Assembly: GCF_963506605.1 (NCBI RefSeq)
Contig: NC_083283.1
Location: forward strand, 6,882,001 to 6,946,000
Reading direction: 5' to 3'
Source: Zootoca vivipara
Lineage: Eukaryota
DNA length: 64,000 nt
Part shown: one piece after another, positions 22,217 through 33,140 of the stretch
Numbering within the stretch: the first letter of the stretch is position 1
Layout of the letters: the number at the start of each line of letters is the position of its first letter
The notes under the pieces: generated by a model
The model's input: only the letters and a program-made list of their open reading frames with translations
Told to the model about the DNA's origin: nothing
The model's database searches: none
Made by a program: the position numbers and the translations under genes

Positions 22217-25200
22217 ATGGCAACCGACAGCAGCTTCTCGCCATTCAAACCAGCATCAGGAGACTGGGAAGGGTACGCCGCCCGTTTCAACTTCCTCCTG
22301 CAAGCGAAAGAAGTCACCAACGATGCCATGAAGAGGGCGACATTCTTCAGCGTCTGTGGAGAGGAGACGTTTGAAATCGCCCGGGCTCTCCTTGCACCTA
22401 GAGATGTCGCTACCGTCTCTTACAAAACAATAATGGAACGGCTGAAGGAGCACTTCTCACCACAGCCCTCGGTGGTAGCTTGCCGAAATGCCTTCTACGC
22501 AAAGCGGCAAGCCCCGGGGGAAACCATAACTGGGTTTGTGACCTCCCTCCGCCAAGCCGCCCGGTTATGCAACTTCTCAGAATTGGAGAACATGCTTCGT
22601 GACCGCCTCGTCGGTGGCCTGAGGGACGAGATGTTGCAACGACGCCTCTACGCCAAAAAAGACCTCACGTTCCAGATTGCTCTGGAGGAAGCCCTGGCAA
22701 CCGAAGCCGCCGAGAGGTCAACGCAAGAGGCACGACCGGCCCCGCCATCCCAACCGAGGGTCTACCACGAAGACCTCACCGACGAATCCGAATCTGACAG
22801 GGAGGAAGTACACAGAGTACAGCGGCGCACTCAAGCAGCACACACACCACAGCAGCCTCGACGAGAAGGAGGGAACTGTGCAAGCTGCGGGGAGAACCAC
22901 GAGAGGAGGACCTGTCGTTTCCGCAACGCAGAGTGCAGGCAGTGCAGAAAATTAGGACACATCGCCCGGGTGTGTCGGGCTCGACTCACACGTCGACAAG
23001 CATCAGATGACCGACCCAGGAGCCCCAGGCCACACGGCACCATGCACCAAGGCAACTCGACGGAGATCACAGACTATCAGGTATTCCAGTTGCCCCATCC
23101 CAGCACAGAGAAAATTTATATAGAGGTACAGATAGAGGGAGCCCCATGCCGCATGGAGCTGGACACGGGTTCAACTCTATCCATAATCTCAGCCCGAACA
23201 TTAAGGGAACTGTGCCCTAATGGGGGTCCCAAACTAAGGCCGGCCCCATTCACCCTCCGGGACTTCCAGAAACGTAAGGTCCCTACTATGGGGGTGGGAA
23301 CCTTCAGGGTGCAATATCGAGGGCGAAAGCAACAATTGGACTTGCTGGTAGTTAAGGGCCCCTACGTTAGCTTACTGGGACTGGCATGGTTTGGACCTCT
23401 GGGGCTAGCCGTTACCGGGGTGAACCGCACTAGCTTACAAGTGGACGTGGACGCCATATGCAAAGAGTTTCCAGGGGTTTTCGATGGGGCATTGGGACGA
23501 TATACAGGACCCCCCATTGCCCTACAGCTAGACCCCGCTGTACGACCCATCAGGCACAAGGCCCGCCGGGTCCCGTTCGCCCTGAAACCCCGCATAGACG
23601 AGGAATTGGACCGGCTCGTGGAGCAAGGAGTGCTGGAGCCGGTGCCCAACGCCCCCTGGGAGACTCCAATTGTCACACCCGTCAAGCCTAACGGTTCGGT
23701 CCGCATCTGTGCAGACTACAAATGCACCATAAACAAGGCTCTCACGGCCCATGCATACCCAGTGCCAGTGGTCAGCCATGTCCTCGCCACCCTGGCTGGG
23801 TCAAAAATCTTTGGCAAACTGGACTTGGCCCAAGCGTATCAACAGTTGCCTGTGGACGAAGCCACAGCAGAGGCCCAGACGATTGTGACGCACAGAGGGG
23901 CATTCAGAGTAAAGCGGCTGCAATTTGGCGTTAGCGTGGCACCAGGCATATTCCAGAATCTAATGGACTCTCTCCTTAAAGGGATTCCTGGCGTCACCCC
24001 CTTCTTCGATGATGTACTGATCGCCGGGCCCACACCAGAGGAATTTGAGGACCGCCTCCGCTCCGTCCTGCACCGTTTCCAGACGGCGGGCCTCAAGGTG
24101 AAGCGGGAAAAGTGTTTACTGGGAGTGCCGCAGGTGGACTTTCTGGGATTTAAGGTGGACGCAGAAGGGGTCCATCCAACCGGTGACAAGGTACGGGCCA
24201 TTTGTGAGGCCCCAGCGCCCAAGAGCAAGCCCGAACTTCAGTCATTCTTGGGACTATTGAACTTTTACCATGCCTTCCTTCCCCATAAGGCAGCGGTAGC
24301 AGAGCCCCTACACAGACTCCTAGATAAAAGGGCCCCTTGGGTGTGGGGCCAGCGACAAAGGGCCGCATTCCAGGCAGTCAAGGACTTGCTCGTCTCGAAC
24401 TCGGTCTTAGCACACTTCGACGAGAGGCTGCCAGTGGTGCTGGCATGCGACGCCTCTCCCTATGGCATCGGCGCTGTCCTGGGACACCAACTCCCGGATG
24501 GAAGAGAGGTGCCGGTGGCATACTTCTCCCAGACGCTTGCTGCAGCCGAACGAAACTACTCACAGATTGACAAGGAGGGTCTGGCAATCGTGAAGGGCGT
24601 AAAAAAATTCCATGATTTCTTGTACGGGCGGCCCTTTACCATAGTGACTGACCACAAGCCGTTGCTTGGCCTGTTTGCCCCTGAGAAGCAGACCCCCCAA
24701 GTGTTGTCTCCACGTGTCCTCAGGTGGTCAATTTTCCTTGCCGGCTACCAGTATGCACTAATCCACCGCCCTGGGAAGGCGATGGGCCACGCAGACGCCC
24801 TCAGCAGGCTACCACTACCAGAAACAGGCCCCGACCCAGCGCCTGCGCAAGAGGTTATGACCCTGGAGCTGCTTCCCGACCGACCCATTCAGGCACAAGA
24901 AGTTGCGCACCATTCCACAAAAGATAGGGTCATCTCCCGGGTCCTGGACTGGGTGTGGCGAGGATGGCCCAGCAGCAGCCCCGGGCCAGAATTCGCTGGC
25001 TACACAAACCGCAAACATGAACTGTCGGCCCACAAGGGGTGCCTGTTATGGGGAAGCAGGGTTGTTGTTCCCCAGCCCCTCCGCAAAAGGGTCCTCACAG
25101 CCCTACACGAGACACACCCAGGGGTAGTGAGGATGAAGGCCCTTGCCAGGAGTTATGTGTGGTGGCCGGGGATTGACAGAGAGATAGAGGCCTGGGTCCA

Positions 25201-26287
25201 ACACTGCCAGACCTGCCAAGAATCCCGCCCGGATCCCCCTAGGGCCCCAGTCCAGCCCTGGGAGTCCGCCCGACATCCATGGTCACGCTTGCACGTGGAC
25301 TTCGCTGGCCCCTTCCAGGGAAAAACATTCTTCATAGTGGTGGATTCCTACACCAAATGGCTGGAGGTCGCACTGGTACCATGCACTTCTACGGCGGCAG
25401 CCATCCGGGTACTACGTAAGCTGTTTGCGACCCACGGGCTCCCTGACACCCTCGTCTCGGACAATGGAACCGCATTCACGTCAGAGGAGTTCCAGACCTT
25501 CACAGCGCAGAACGCCATCCGCCACATCCGCTCAGCACCATTCCACCCTGCCACCAATGGCCAAGCGGAGCGCATGGTGCGGACCACCAAGGACAGCCTC
25601 CGCCGCATGACACAAGGGGACTGGGAATACCGCCTTGCCGCATTTCTTCTAGCACAGCACAGCACCCCAAGCACAACGACGGGCCGGAGCCCAGCTGAAT
25701 TACTAATGGGCCGGCGCCTTGCAACTAGACTGGACCGACTTCACCCCGACAGAGCTCAGGATGAGGTAGTGGTGGGGAAAGGCAGGAACCCCCGGACATT
25801 TGTGGCCCAGGACCCAGTGTATGCAAAGAATTTTGGGGCAGGCCCAGCATGGGTACCCGCCACAGTCACCAAGGTGACCGGTCCCGTGTCGTACGAGGTA
25901 CTAACGGAAGGGGGGCAATGTTGGCGCCGCCACTGCGACCAGCTACGGCGACGATTCCCAGGAGGAACCCGGGAGGAGAGCGGGACAGAGGGGTCCCAAG
26001 GGGACAGCAGGGCAGTGAGGCCTGTAGAGCGAGAGGGGTGGGCAGGGGAAGCAGAAGCAGTAGGCACAGAGGGGCGCCCCGAGGCTGGAAGGACACCGGA
26101 ACCAGAGCTACAACCTGGTGGTTCAGTGGCGCCAGACCAGACAGCCCCGGCACAGCCAGCAGCCTCGGAACACGAGCCAGAACCAGAACCCCTGACCAAG
26201 GAACACCCCAGGCCACAACGCACACGGAGGCGGCCAGCAGACCTTGGGGACTACGAATGCAACTTCCCGGGCAAGACTGGAACTTAG
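22217..26287 (+). CDS. Gag-Pol polyprotein, 1356 aa
   Basis: Zinc knuckles (CASCGENH..C, CRQCRKLGHIARVC), protease LDTGS, RT (ICADYK, FFDD), RNase H (DASPYGIGAVL), integrase HHCC plus DFAGP / SDNG / NGQAER; Gypsy domain order. Confidence 0.96.
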   Translation: MATDSSFSPFKPASGDWEGYAARFNFLLQAKEVTNDAMKRATFFSVCGEETFEIARALLAPRDVATVSYKTIMERLKEHFSPQPSVVACRNAFYAKRQAPGETITGFVTSLRQAARLCNFSELENMLRDRLVGGLRDEMLQRRLYAKKDLTFQIALEEALATEAAERSTQEARPAPPSQPRVYHEDLTDESESDREEVHRVQRRTQAAHTPQQPRREGGNCASCGENHERRTCRFRNAECRQCRKLGHIARVCRARLTRRQASDDRPRSPRPHGTMHQGNSTEITDYQVFQLPHPSTEKIYIEVQIEGAPCRMELDTGSTLSIISARTLRELCPNGGPKLRPAPFTLRDFQKRKVPTMGVGTFRVQYRGRKQQLDLLVVKGPYVSLLGLAWFGPLGLAVTGVNRTSLQVDVDAICKEFPGVFDGALGRYTGPPIALQLDPAVRPIRHKARRVPFALKPRIDEELDRLVEQGVLEPVPNAPWETPIVTPVKPNGSVRICADYKCTINKALTAHAYPVPVVSHVLATLAGSKIFGKLDLAQAYQQLPVDEATAEAQTIVTHRGAFRVKRLQFGVSVAPGIFQNLMDSLLKGIPGVTPFFDDVLIAGPTPEEFEDRLRSVLHRFQTAGLKVKREKCLLGVPQVDFLGFKVDAEGVHPTGDKVRAICEAPAPKSKPELQSFLGLLNFYHAFLPHKAAVAEPLHRLLDKRAPWVWGQRQRAAFQAVKDLLVSNSVLAHFDERLPVVLACDASPYGIGAVLGHQLPDGREVPVAYFSQTLAAAERNYSQIDKEGLAIVKGVKKFHDFLYGRPFTIVTDHKPLLGLFAPEKQTPQVLSPRVLRWSIFLAGYQYALIHRPGKAMGHADALSRLPLPETGPDPAPAQEVMTLELLPDRPIQAQEVAHHSTKDRVISRVLDWVWRGWPSSSPGPEFAGYTNRKHELSAHKGCLLWGSRVVVPQPLRKRVLTALHETHPGVVRMKALARSYVWWPGIDREIEAWVQHCQTCQESRPDPPRAPVQPWESARHPWSRLHVDFAGPFQGKTFFIVVDSYTKWLEVALVPCTSTAAAIRVLRKLFATHGLPDTLVSDNGTAFTSEEFQTFTAQNAIRHIRSAPFHPATNGQAERMVRTTKDSLRRMTQGDWEYRLAAFLLAQHSTPSTTTGRSPAELLMGRRLATRLDRLHPDRAQDEVVVGKGRNPRTFVAQDPVYAKNFGAGPAWVPATVTKVTGPVSYEVLTEGGQCWRRHCDQLRRRFPGGTREESGTEGSQGDSRAVRPVEREGWAGEAEAVGTEGRPEAGRTPEPELQPGGSVAPDQTAPAQPAASEHEPEPEPLTKEHPRPQRTRRRPADLGDYECNFPGKTGT

Positions 26288-26297
26288 AGGGGAGGGG
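26286..26297 (+). promoter_or_regulatory. Polypurine tract
   Basis: AGAGGGGAGGGG immediately before the 3' LTR. Confidence 0.9.
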
Positions 26298-26673
26298 TGT
26301 TATGTACTGAGCTGAATCCTAGAACAATAGGATTCAGAATCAGCGGGAGCTACCCAATCCAACTCCAGGTGGAAGTGAATCCGCAACCTGATTGGCCTGC
26401 TGGAGCAGCCAATCAGGCGGCTGGCAGAAGTGAATCTGCTACCTGATTGGCCTGTAGGAGCAGCCAATCAGGCTGCAGGCAGAAGTCAATCCACAATATA
26501 ATTGGCCCACAGGTGTAGCCCTGAAGTAGCCAATCACGCAAGGCCCATTGTGTAAATAATGTATATAAGCAGATGGTTTTGGGAAAAGAGCCACTCGTCT
26601 TCTCTTCTCCTCCTTGATGACTATGAGCTGAATAAAGAGCATGAAATTCACTCTCGACTCCGAGTATATTTCA
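26298..26673 (+). repeat. 3' LTR
   Basis: Identical by eye to the 5' LTR. Confidence 0.95.
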
Positions 26674-28489
26674 GAGACCTTGAAGCACAGAATTAGAGTT
26701 GAGATAGTCATGAGCAGGAGGCAAAGGATGCCGTTCACAACATAATGGTAATGTCTCATGGTATAATTGTTCACCTTTTCAGTCAGGTAGAGGGTGAAGT
26801 TAATTCCACCAAGAAGGCTTGAAAGTACCCATATTACAGAACACAAAGTGGTGGACAAATTTGCTGGCCGGTGGCATCGATGCCAAATTGGGAAGAGGAC
26901 TGACACGCACCTGTCAATGCTGATGGCTGTCAGTAGATATTGACTAGCACTGTACATTACTTGAAATACATTTTCAAGAAAAAGATACACAGGTCCATCA
27001 TATATTCCTGTTGCAAACCAAATGATTTCTATAAACAAGTTAGCTGTGACTACACCCAAGTCAGCAACAGAGAGGTTCAGGATGTAAATGGTGAAATGGT
27101 TCCTCTTAATGCAGAAGCTAAGCAGCCAGACGACAGTCCCATTCCCTAAAAGCCCCAAAATGCAAATTAAAATTGTGAGTATAGACAAAACCTTTCCTTC
27201 TATGTCAAGATATGAAATACTTTCTGGATAATCATAACTCCCATTGTTGGGGAACCAAGTTGCATTGTCTTCTCCATAATGGCCGCCTTCAGCATCGACA
27301 GGAGACAGGGCCATTGGGCTGAAACTGGGCATTGTACTCAGTCGTCGCTGTTGAGTTTCTTCTTGTGTAGATATGTCTGCTGGGGGTGGAGAGGGTGGGA
27401 TTAGTTTTTGCTAATGAATAAAGATGAAGCCAAAGTTTTTCAGCCTACTCTTCCTTGTCTTTGTGAGTTAATTCCTAATATGAGAGTTAATTTTTAAGGT
27501 GAAATGGCTCATCTGTTTCATCTCCAGTTCAAGCTGTGTCTTCAGTAACAAACCTATTATCAGGGACTGGCTGGATGAGGAGGAGTGGTGGGAGCCTCCT
27601 GCCCTATAGCACCCCCCCTCCCGGAAGGACACAGAAGATTAGGACATTTTTATTCCAGCTGAAATCTATACTGCCACATGGCTACTGAAATGATTTCTCT
27701 CCCATCTCTGTCTCTGCAGAGCACAAGGGATGGGGTGGTGTTTGTCCTCCTGTCAATCACCTGACATCATAAGTGGTTGTCAGGTGCTTCAGAAGTTACA
27801 CAAGGAGCCTTTGCAGGCATGGTTAGTTAAGCCCAATTTGGTCAAGCTCTACTTTTCTTCCTCACACAAACTGGGTTCATGGCATGAATGCAGAAGGTTG
27901 ACAGGCCATATTTGGCCCATCGGCTGGAGGTTCCCCACCCCTGTTTTATAGAGGTTCAAAGATGTTTGGGTCATGCATTGGAGCCATGTCCACTTGCCAA
28001 TGAACAACGGGGAGCTTGCTCCATGGCTCCTGGTTGTTCCTTTGCGGTTTCACTGGCCAAATTAATAACCTGGCTTGGACTAAATTTCTCCATGGGTTTG
28101 GAGATTCTCAGTGTTTGATCTAGTACAACATCAGGCTCAGCACAGTCCCTGTCCTACTGGAGAAGGCAAAACAGAAATGGGGAACACAGAACAAGATGGA
28201 AAAAAGTGGTGAAACTGGTTTACTGAGATAAGCAAGAGAAAACGGACCCAGGTAATTGAAACAGAATTGCTTCAGTGAGGGAGAAATAAATGATATACTT
28301 GAACATATGCCTTATATTAGCCCCCTCTTCATCCATCGTGCATTCAGTAAGTGCATAGGAGGGAGAGCATATTTGTCAAAGCAGATCCTGTCTGTGACCT
28401 CCACACAGCCATCTGGAGAACTTGTGGAGCCATTTAGATGTACATGAGTGAACACACAGTCTCTGCCTATTCATTCTGGGATGCTCCCT

Positions 28490-28692
28490 TTTGAAGTTTT
28501 TGGAGTAAGATCTCGGAGAGCAGTTTTCAAATTCCCACACAGACATAAAACTCACTGGGTAACCTCAGACCAGTCAGAGTCCTTCAGCCTGACCTATCTC
28601 ACAGGTTTGTTGTGAGGATAAAAAGAAGAGCAAGATGAATAATGTATGCCACCTTGAACACCTTGGAGGAAAGGTGGGGTGTAAATAAATAA
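28490..28692 (+). mobile_element. Old Squam3/MIR-like SINE (paralog at ~52295-52522)
   Basis: CAGCCTGACCTATCTCACAGG.TTGTTGTGAGGATAAAA core and a (TAAA)n tail. Confidence 0.55.
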
Positions 28693-28812
28693 ATGGACTG
28701 AATTTTAGAAGGCAGCTTCCTATACTTTTCTGTTCCTAAAACCTCATACAGAATCTTTCACAGCTGTGTAATCTTTTGACCTTTTAACCCCAGGGATCGA
28801 AGCTGTGCATGT

Positions 28813-28851
<39 letters not shown>

Positions 28852-28928
28852 GCTTAATTCTGCCACAGTAATTACTCCTCTTTCTGCTCTTGCAAGCAAA
28901 GAATTTCTACCATGAGCTTTTTGCTTAC

Positions 28929-29170
28929 CTGTGACTAACGTTGGATCAGATATTGTGATAGAGAGAGAGAACCAGAAATAGATAATCCTGTACTGGAATA
29001 AAGAACCAGAAGATTTGCAGACACCAATGCAACTCCCAAGTCTTGGGGAAACATTCAATGCATTTAAAAGCTCATGATGAGATGTACAGGAATGTGCCCA
29101 TTTGCCTTCATTTATGCTTAATCTGTTTGCCAGTGTCATGTGACAAGAGAAAAACATTATCCTTGGGTTG
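28929..29170 (-). promoter_or_regulatory. Putative 5' exon of the Gypsy-interrupted MRGPR
   Basis: Donor CAG|GTAAG at 28929; homologous to the blocks at 10025, 42759, 52783 and 55766. Confidence 0.55.
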
Positions 29171-29443
29171 TCAATATATAGTCTTTAGAGGATTGTGATC
29201 GTGCACACTAACAGCTCCATTTGTAAAATATACAAAAGTGCTTTGAAAGGCTCCATTACAGTTCAAAAGCCTGCAAGTAAGTTTTAAGCACTGAGAAGCA
29301 CTTTGCTCCCCACACAGATTTCCAGAACACCCGGGGAAAGAAAGCCCAGCTGATCTTCTTGCAGTCCATGGCACTCTCAAGAGTCTCCTCCAGCACCATA
29401 AATCTGTGAGGCAGGGGTGTGTGTGTGTGTGTGTGTGTGTGTG

Positions 29444-29707
29444 ATAAAAAAAATTCCTTCAGTAGCACCTTAAAGACCAACTAAGTTTTTATTTTGGTAT
29501 GAGCTTTCGTGTGCATGCACACTTCTTCAGATACAGTGAAATGGAAGTTTCCAGGCACTTATGTAGAGAAGGGGTGGGGAGGGGTGGGGATGGGGAGGGG
29601 GGATCACTCAGAAGGGTGGTGGAAATGGGTGATTGACTGACTGATAGCTGTTGATGACCGCAAACGACTGCAAATGGTTTTGCATGAAAAAGCAAGGGTT
29701 GAGATGG
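29444..29707 (-). mobile_element. Penelope 3' terminal-repeat fragment
   Basis: Essentially identical to 30360-30622; lies at the edge of the inverted duplication. Confidence 0.85.
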
Positions 29708-30411
29708 ACTCAAGCGGAGTTACTCTAGGGTAGCCACGACGACCCTCTGAGGTATCGCAATACATGAACATAGCCTTGGCACATGATGTCTGCAGTTAAA
29801 TGTCAGACAGTTATGGTCTATCATCAAATCTATTTTGCTTGGACATGTAGATATGAGAGACAGAGGTGAAGAAGTACTAGAAACAAAGTGGGTGTTGTTG
29901 TTTTCGTGAAAAATGACTGCGAGTTCAGGTTCTCCCCTCACCCCATGTTCCTGAATATCATTTCTCTGAAATTATCGGAAAAAATCCTCCTGAGAAAACT
30001 CCCTTGTTATGTCAATATTCTTCTGCTGCAATTCAGAATTGTGCCTGAACAAAAACAAAAAAGTATTCTGAAACTAGTAGAAGCAACAGTAGTAACTTTG
30101 TTTCAAATCCAACAAACACTTTCAGCTAGGAAACAAAGTTTGTTCTTTGTTTCTTTGTTTCATTTTATTTTTAAATGGTCTTGATGGGACATCTTACATT
30201 TGCTATAACCTAGAATGTGTTTTGTGCTCTTTTCCATATCCATTATTATTTTAACCCAGTTAAGAATTGAAATTTAGAAGCCTTTTTATGATTCTGTTCA
30301 ACCACTGCATCTCTCCTGAAATACAGGTAGGTAGCCGTGTTGGTCTGGATCGAAGTAAAATAAAAAAATTCCTTCAGTAGCACCTTAAAGACCAACTAAG
30401 TTTTTATTTTG

Positions 30412-30449
30412 GTATGAGCTTTCGTGTGCATGCACACTTCTTCAGATAC
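30412..30449 (-). ncRNA. Minimal type I hammerhead ribozyme motif (Penelope-associated)
   Basis: Reverse complement of the motif at 31802-31839. Confidence 0.7.
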
Positions 30450-31801
30450 AGTGAAATGGAAGTTTCCAGGCACTTATGTAGAGAAGGGGTGGGGAGGGGT
30501 GGGGATGGGGAGGGGGGATCACTCAGAAGGGTGGTGGAAATGGGTGATTGACTGACTGATAGCTGTTGATGACCGCAAACGACTGCAAATGGTTTTGCAT
30601 GAAAAAGCAAGGGTTGAGATGGCTGAAGATCGCTTATCATGTATAATGAGATAAGAACCCGATATCTCTGTTCAAACCAGGTCCCTCCATGGTTTTGAGC
30701 TTGGTGATAAGTTGCAATTCAGCAACTTCTCTTTCCAGTCTATTTCTGAAATTCTTTTGTAGTAAGACAGCTACTTTGAGATCTTGTATAGAATGTCCTG
30801 GGAGATTGAAGTGTTCTCCTACTGGTTTTTCTGTCTTCTGGTTCCTGATGTCAGATTTATGTCCATTTATCCTTTGGCGTAGGGTTTGGCCTGTTTGTCC
30901 AATATAGAGAGCTGAAGGGCACTGTTGGCATTTGATGGCATACACAATGTTAGAGGATGAGCAATTAAATAGTCCTGAGATGGTATGTTGGATGTTGTTG
31001 GGGCCAGTAATGGTGTTGTCTGGGTGTATGTGGCAGCAAAGTTGGCATCTGGGTTTATTGCAGGCTCTGGTACCAGTGTCCATGTTAAGTCTGGGAGGAA
31101 GACCTTTCATTGCCTACAGACAGCCACCCAATCTTAAACAACTCCTCACCCACAATAATACAACCACCAGACTTAACATGGACACTGGTACCAGAGCCTG
31201 CAATAAACCCAGATGCCAACTTTGCTGCCACATACACCCAGACAACACCATTACTGGCCCCAACAACATCCAACATACCATCTCAGGACTATTTAATTGC
31301 TCATCCTCTAACATTGTGTATGCCATCAAATGCCAACAGTGCCCTTCAGCTCTCTATATTGGACAAACAGGCCAAACCCTACGCCAAAGGATAAATGGAC
31401 ATAAATCTGACATCAGGAACCAGAAGACAGAAAAACCAGTAGGAGAACACTTCAATCTCCCAGGACATTCTATACAAGATCTCAAAGTAGCTGTCTTACT
31501 ACAAAAGAATTTCAGAAATAGACTGGAAAGAGAAGTTGCTGAATTGCAACTTATCACCAAGCTCAAAACCATGGAGGGACCTGGTTTGAACAGAGATATC
31601 GGGTTCTTATCTCATTATACATGATAAGCGATCTTCAGCCATCTCAACCCTTGCTTTTTCATGCAAAACCATTTGCAGTCGTTTGCGGTCATCAACAGCT
31701 ATCAGTCAGTCAATCACCCATTTCCACCACCCTTCTGAGTGATCCCCCATCCCCATCCCCACCCCTTCTCTACATAAGTGCCTGGAAACTTCCATTTCAC
31801 T

Positions 31802-31839
31802 GTATCTGAAGAAGTGTGCATGCACACGAAAGCTCATAC
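31802..31839 (+). ncRNA. Minimal type I hammerhead ribozyme motif (Penelope-associated)
   Basis: GUAU-CUGAAGA-A-GUGUG(CAUG)CACAC-GAAA-GCUC-AUAC: stem I, catalytic boxes, stem II, and a palindromic AGCU in place of stem III. Confidence 0.72.
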
Positions 31840-32792
31840 CAAAATAAAAACTTAGTTGGTCTTTAAGGTGCTACTGAAGGAATTTTTTTATTTTTCTCCT
31901 GAAATAGTCAGTTGATTTTACCCTCCTTCACCACTTGGAAACCTTCTTTTCTTCCACCTATTCTAATAGGGGAATAATCTCCTCCTAAATTTGGTGGTGA
32001 CAATATTGATAATCCACTGGCAATCATTTTCCTCATTGCATGATACTGGCAAGCTGTTTAAGTACAGATGAAGAGTTTTGTGTGAGTTCCTGCACATTTT
32101 GCAGTAAGCTTGAGACACCAAAATTCCCTTGGGACTTCGGAGTTTCTCTGGTTTCTGCAAATTATCTGATTGCAATCTATTCCAGCATAGAGTTTCTTTG
32201 TCTCTTGGTTTCTCTGATTCATAATACCTGATCCAGAGTTTGCCACAGGTAAGTGAACAACTCAAATTCAAAGTTCTTCATTGCCAAGGGCAGGAGGGAA
32301 GTCATTGCTCAGTGGCATAAGTATGTGGTCATTTTATTCTTGCAGACAGGCACAGGTTCAGGCTCTTGGGGTGAACTGGTTACCGGGGTGCCATGTTGAA
32401 TAAAATATTGGGGGGCCCAGGTAAGCCCTGCCCTGTGTATTCAATCACATGATGCTGTGCACACACGCTGTTTGAATAGCAGTGCCCATCAACTTGGGGG
32501 GGGGGGGCTTGAAATTTTATTAAGGACGTAGTTGGCTCCTATGACTAGTTAACAGGTGTCATTGGTTCATCTAGCCCAGTATTGTCTTTCAGTACTGGTC
32601 TGCCTTAATGGAGGCAGCTCCCATGACAGTGGGGGATTGTTGGTGAAGGAAAAATGAGGATGATTGAGGGAAAGTATCCTTGCAAATTCCCCCCAGGGAC
32701 AGGGGGGGGGCGACTGGCTTCACTCGCAGTTCATCTCGGTACCTGGCTCTCCCTCTGGCATGGATGCGGGAGGCAGGAAGGTACTGAGTTCA

Positions 32793-32793
32793 A

Positions 32794-32847
<54 letters not shown>

Positions 32848-33140
32848 TTATTTATACCTCACCCATCTGGCTGGGTCTCCCCAGCCACTCTGGGCGGCTT
32901 CCAACAGAAAAATAGAACACAGTAATCTATTAAACATTAAAAGCCTCCCTCAACAGGGTTGCCTTCAGATGTCTTCTAAAAGTCTGGTAGTTGTTTTCCT
33001 TTTTGACATCTGTTGGGAGGGCGTTCCACAGGGCAGGCGCCACCACCGAGAAGGCCCTCTGCCTAGTTCCCTGCAACTTGGCTTCTCGAAATGAGGGAAC
33101 CGCCAGAAGGCCCTCGGTGCTGGACCTCAGTGTATACTGG
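32793..33140 (-). mobile_element. L2 LINE 3' fragment with (ATT)n tail
   Basis: TLRSSTEGLLAVP...RAFSVVAPALWNALPTDVK...TFRRHLKATLLREAF. Confidence 0.85.

Larger units (their letters stand above)
21713..26673 (+). mobile_element. Full-length Ty3/Gypsy LTR retrotransposon (Mag-like organisation), 4961 bp
   Basis: Two 376-bp TG...CA LTRs, 5-bp TSD GAGAC (21708-21712 / 26674-26678), PBS, PPT and a single intact gag-pol ORF. Confidence 0.97.
21386..27332 (-). pseudogene. Mas-related GPCR interrupted by a Gypsy element (segments 27332-26674 and 21707-21386; 326 aa if restored)
   Basis: Removing the element and one TSD rejoins ...LCFKVS|FKSQQRRQGKALIAILLALL...NPLIYF...SVETRC* in frame (659+322=981 nt). 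Close paralog of 36077-37018. Confidence 0.92.
30324..31894. mobile_element. Penelope-like element (GIY-YIG endonuclease 3' part) as an inverted duplication
   Basis: Arms ~30357-31094 and 31167-31894. Both encode CNKPRCQLC...NIVYAIKC...LYIGQTGQTLRQRINGH...E...GLN. 12-bp TSD TCTCCTGAAATA (30312-30323 / 31895-31906). Confidence 0.93.
29759..32587. repeat. Inverted segmental duplicate of ~9667-11131
   Basis: Reverse-complement similarity throughout, including the hAT MITE, the putative exon (donor now on + at 32248) and its upstream region. Confidence 0.9.

Noticed and set aside
22256-26310. Many alternative-frame and antisense ORFs in the Gypsy element
   Set aside because: Expected shadows of a GC-rich coding sequence; no env-like ORF was seen.
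26439-27332. 297-aa ORF as a complete receptor
   Set aside because: It has only five TMs. The last ~77 aa are antisense LTR read-through, and the true remainder is at 21707-21386.
29350-29402. BovB piece that seems to correspond to the part deleted from the copy at 19375-19743
   Set aside because: Only ~50 bp of a very high-copy element; no evidence links the two.
30932-31624. 230-aa ORF as a host nuclease gene
   Set aside because: Its N-terminus is the antisense of the inverted arm. It is a 5'-truncated Penelope endonuclease with no RT.
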